Shown here: piece by piece, positions 47,256 to 49,984 of the stretch | Layout of the letters: every line of letters starts with the position of its first letter | Numbering within the stretch: the first letter of the stretch is position 1 | Assembly: GCA_045561195.1 (NCBI GenBank) | Contig: JBJKYE010000029.1 | Coordinates: forward strand, 1-49,984 | Direction of reading: 5' to 3' | Length of the DNA: 49,984 nt | DNA from: Gammaproteobacteria bacterium | Lineage (GTDB): Bacteria > Pseudomonadota > Gammaproteobacteria > GCA-002705445 > GCA-002716945 | Position numbers and translations under genes: made by a program | The notes under the pieces: model-generated | Databases searched by the model: none | Told to the model about the DNA's origin: nothing | What the model saw: the letters and a program-made list of their open reading frames with translations, nothing else

Positions 47256-48991
47256 ATATAGGGTTTATAAAAAGAGTATTTTTAATATTTTCACGTAAAG
47301 AAAAATATCAGGTTAGCATTATTTTTATTTTAAGCATTATTACTAGTATATTTGAAATGATAGGTGTTTTTTCAATAGTGCCATTTATGAGTTTATTGAC
47401 AAATCCAGATTATATAACTAATAATACATATTTTAGTTACATTGCAAATTTATACTCTCTTAATTTACTTGACAGTAAAGTGTATTTTGGAATTATTATT
47501 ATTATATTATTTATCTTTAGTAATTTAATGAATGTACTTACACTTTGGTATACGACGAATTTTGTTGCAGAATTTCAATCCAGGATATCATCTACAGTAT
47601 TTAAAAAATATCTATCAAATTCATATAATTTCTTCATTACATCTGATCATGCTGTATTATCAAAAAATATACTTGATGAATCATGTATACTTGCTGACGG
47701 TGTAATCTATGCTTTTTTCCAGATATTTACAAAGTCTCTTATAATATTAGCAATATCTGCACTAATGATAACTGTTAACCCAGAATTATTTTTTGGATCG
47801 ATATTTCTGTTTGCAGTCATTTATTTATTGATCTTTGTGAAATATAAAAAAATTTTATATGATATCGGTTTTAACAGAGTAGAGGCTAATGAGAGTAGAT
47901 ATAAAAAAACACGTGAAGTGCTGTCAAATATAAAAGATGTTAAGTATCATTCCTTAGAAGATTTTTATGTTAAAAGCTTCAGCAATTCAGCATATGATTT
48001 TGCTCATTTAAATGCCAAAAGGAATCTTATAAGCTTGTTACCAAGATATTTTCTTGAAATTTTAACATTTGGAGGTATTTTTTCTGGCATAGTTTATCTA
48101 ATCGCTATCAATGAAAATTTATTATTAAACATTCCCATGATTAGCATGTTTTTATTATCTATTTATAGAATAATGCCTCTGTTACAAAATATATTTGTAA
48201 ATACAACGACTATCAAGTCATCAGAATATGTATTTAATAATATTGAGGCTATTCTAAGCAAGCCATATCAGATTAAAAACAAAGTATCGTCAAATATTAC
48301 ATTTACAAAAAATATAAATTTTGAAAACGTTTACTTTAGCTATCTTGATAATAAACATATTCTAGAAAATATAAATCTAGAAATTATTAAGGGCGAGACA
48401 TATGCAATTATTGGTGGAACAGGTTCAGGGAAAACAACACTAATAGATATTCTTTTGGGATTTTATGATGTTAAATCTGGTCATATAACAATGGATGGAT
48501 TTCCATTGAAAGGGAACTCGTTCAAATCAATTAACAAGATCATAGGCTATGTTTCACAGAGCATATCTTATTTAAGTGATAATATTCTCAAAAATATTAC
48601 ATTTTGTGATGACCACGATGAGATAGACATGGATAAGGTAATGAAGGTAATTCGGATCGCGAAGTTAGATGGCTTAGTTAAAACCCTTGATAAAGGAATA
48701 TATGGCAGTATAGGTGATATGGGGTCAATGTTGAGTGGAGGCCAAAAACAACGATTAGGGATAGCTAGAGCGTTATATAGAGAGCCTAAAATACTAATAT
48801 TAGATGAAGCAACCAATGCTTTGGATAGGCAAACAGAACTAGAGATATTAAATAATATTAAAGAATCTTATCAAAGTATTACGCTAATACTGGTTACGCA
48901 TAGAAATACTTATCTGGAGTTTTGTGACAAAATTATAAAAATATCAGATAAAAAAGCTATTATGAGATTAAGCAGTAAAATAAGTAAATGA
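47252..48991 (+). CDS. Fused TMD-NBD ABC exporter (MsbA/PglK-like half transporter)
   Basis: An N-terminal domain with about six TM helices is followed by Walker A (GGTGSGKTT), the ABC signature (LSGGQKQRLGIARAL), Walker B (ILILDEAT) and an H-loop (VTHR). Confidence 0.88.
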   Translation: MNIGFIKRVFLIFSRKEKYQVSIIFILSIITSIFEMIGVFSIVPFMSLLTNPDYITNNTYFSYIANLYSLNLLDSKVYFGIIIIILFIFSNLMNVLTLWYTTNFVAEFQSRISSTVFKKYLSNSYNFFITSDHAVLSKNILDESCILADGVIYAFFQIFTKSLIILAISALMITVNPELFFGSIFLFAVIYLLIFVKYKKILYDIGFNRVEANESRYKKTREVLSNIKDVKYHSLEDFYVKSFSNSAYDFAHLNAKRNLISLLPRYFLEILTFGGIFSGIVYLIAINENLLLNIPMISMFLLSIYRIMPLLQNIFVNTTTIKSSEYVFNNIEAILSKPYQIKNKVSSNITFTKNINFENVYFSYLDNKHILENINLEIIKGETYAIIGGTGSGKTTLIDILLGFYDVKSGHITMDGFPLKGNSFKSINKIIGYVSQSISYLSDNILKNITFCDDHDEIDMDKVMKVIRIAKLDGLVKTLDKGIYGSIGDMGSMLSGGQKQRLGIARALYREPKILILDEATNALDRQTELEILNNIKESYQSITLILVTHRNTYLEFCDKIIKISDKKAIMRLSSKISK

Positions 48992-49984
48992 GTAAACAGG
49001 TCACTATACAACCAAATTTTGAAATAAGCAGCTTGCTCAAGTTAAAACAAAGAGATACAAGCTTAGATAATTTTCAATTATACAAATCAGGCAGATATGC
49101 TTTGTTTTTTGGTTTAAAAAACATAATGGAAACAAATTCTTCATTAAAAGATATATATGTCCCTACATATGTTTGCCCACAAGTATTAATGCCAATTGAT
49201 AAATTAAATCTAAATATAAATTTTTATCAAATTGATCAAAACTTAAGTGTAGATAAAAAATATTTAGAGAAATCTGTTAACTCTAATAGCATAATAATTG
49301 TGATAAATTATTTTGGGTTTCCTGCAGAATGGGAATTTTTTGAAGAATTAAAGTTAAAAACTAAATGCACACTAATCTCAGATAACTGTCATTCTTTGCT
49401 AACTATGTATAATGGGAAAAATCTATCTCAGTACGGAGATTTATCATTCAATAGTTTTAGAAAAATATTGCCAGTACCTAGTGGGTCTCAGTTATTCTAT
49501 AACAACAAAAAATATGCTATGAAAAATATAGTCAATGTAAGAATGCCTAGTCTAGGTGAATCGTTATCTATATTTAGATCTTTTAAACCTGGATTTATTA
49601 AATCACGATTAGGAAATTCGAATATATTAAGTGCACATAGGTCTGATTATGATAAATATTCATTTGATCCAGATGCTACAAGTAGCATAGATAGTTTGTC
49701 AGATAAGCTATTTTTTAATTTTTTAATCAATTATCAAAAGATAAGAGATAAAAGGCAAGAAAATTATAAATCATGGTTAGATTACTTGCCTGAGTCAGAT
49801 TTTATTTTTTTAAATGAATTAACAGCTATCAATGATACCATACCTTATGTTTTTCCTTGCATTACTAGAAGTAAGGAAATTATGCATAAGTGGCTTGAAT
49901 GGGGGCGCAAAAATAATATTTCTATTATTAATTGGGCAAATAAAAATGATCATTTGAATAATCATTTAAAATTAATGCTTCTAT
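48988..49984 (+). CDS. DegT/DnrJ/EryC1-like PLP-dependent enzyme, 3'-truncated by window end
   Basis: This ORF is absent from the supplied track because it has no stop in the window. My own translation from the ATG at 48988 (ATGA overlap with the ABC stop) stays open to 49984. The pattern is YKSGRYALFFGLKNI, VPTYVCPQVL, INYFGFP, LISDNCHSL and GDLSFNSFRKILPVPSG. Confidence 0.5.
   Translation, partial: MSKQVTIQPNFEISSLLKLKQRDTSLDNFQLYKSGRYALFFGLKNIMETNSSLKDIYVPTYVCPQVLMPIDKLNLNINFYQIDQNLSVDKKYLEKSVNSNSIIIVINYFGFPAEWEFFEELKLKTKCTLISDNCHSLLTMYNGKNLSQYGDLSFNSFRKILPVPSGSQLFYNNKKYAMKNIVNVRMPSLGESLSIFRSFKPGFIKSRLGNSNILSAHRSDYDKYSFDPDATSSIDSLSDKLFFNFLINYQKIRDKRQENYKSWLDYLPESDFIFLNELTAINDTIPYVFPCITRSKEIMHKWLEWGRKNNISIINWANKNDHLNNHLKLMLL

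Noticed and set aside
1-49984. Search for CRISPR arrays, IS elements, transposases, integrases, toxin-antitoxin pairs and known defence-system genes
   Set aside because: I saw no regularly spaced direct repeats. No ORF has recognisable DDE/HUH transposase, tyrosine or serine recombinase, Cas, restriction-modification, or nuclease/NTPase defence signatures. The accessory content is glycan biosynthesis only.

Overview
AT-rich, tightly packed bacterial chromosome segment. Gene order points to a gammaproteobacterium: maf / rpmF-plsX-fabH, and uvrC-pgsA-tRNA(Gly-Cys-Leu) as in E. coli. A SoxB thiosulfohydrolase suggests a sulfur oxidiser, but that is inference only. All calls come from reading the ORF translations and DNA by eye against remembered family motifs; no BLAST or HMM search was run.

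The left ~20 kb is housekeeping: purL, msrPQ, soxB, glyA, nrdR, ribD-ribE-ribB(X)-ribH-nusB-thiL, maf, rpmF-plsX-fabH, a UDG-superfamily glycosylase, uvrC, pgsA and three tRNAs.

From the tRNA cluster to the window end (~30 kb) lies a lower-GC surface-glycan (O-antigen or capsule-like) locus, all on the + strand. It contains:
- a methyltransferase / NeuD-type acetyltransferase / StrB1-AGAT-like amidinotransferase / polysaccharide deacetylase module;
- fhs, a WaaL/Wzy-family membrane protein and ugd;
- an RfaH-like antiterminator followed by an ops/JUMPStart-like element;
- a GT2 glycosyltransferase and an EPS-type MarR regulator;
- a near-complete legionaminic-acid-type nonulosonic acid operon (legC, legB, legG, legI, ptmE, ptmF ... 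legF, ptmA);
- wzz, a fused ABC exporter and a 3'-truncated second DegT-like gene.

The most novel-looking features are:
1. a carbamoyltransferase + methyltransferase + PhyH-type dioxygenase cassette inserted inside the Leg operon;
2. the amidinotransferase module, a possible guanidino/amidino glycan modification;
3. two uncharacterised GT-B-like proteins that may be nonulosonic acid transferases.

I recognised no CRISPR array, transposase, integrase or canonical defence genes.
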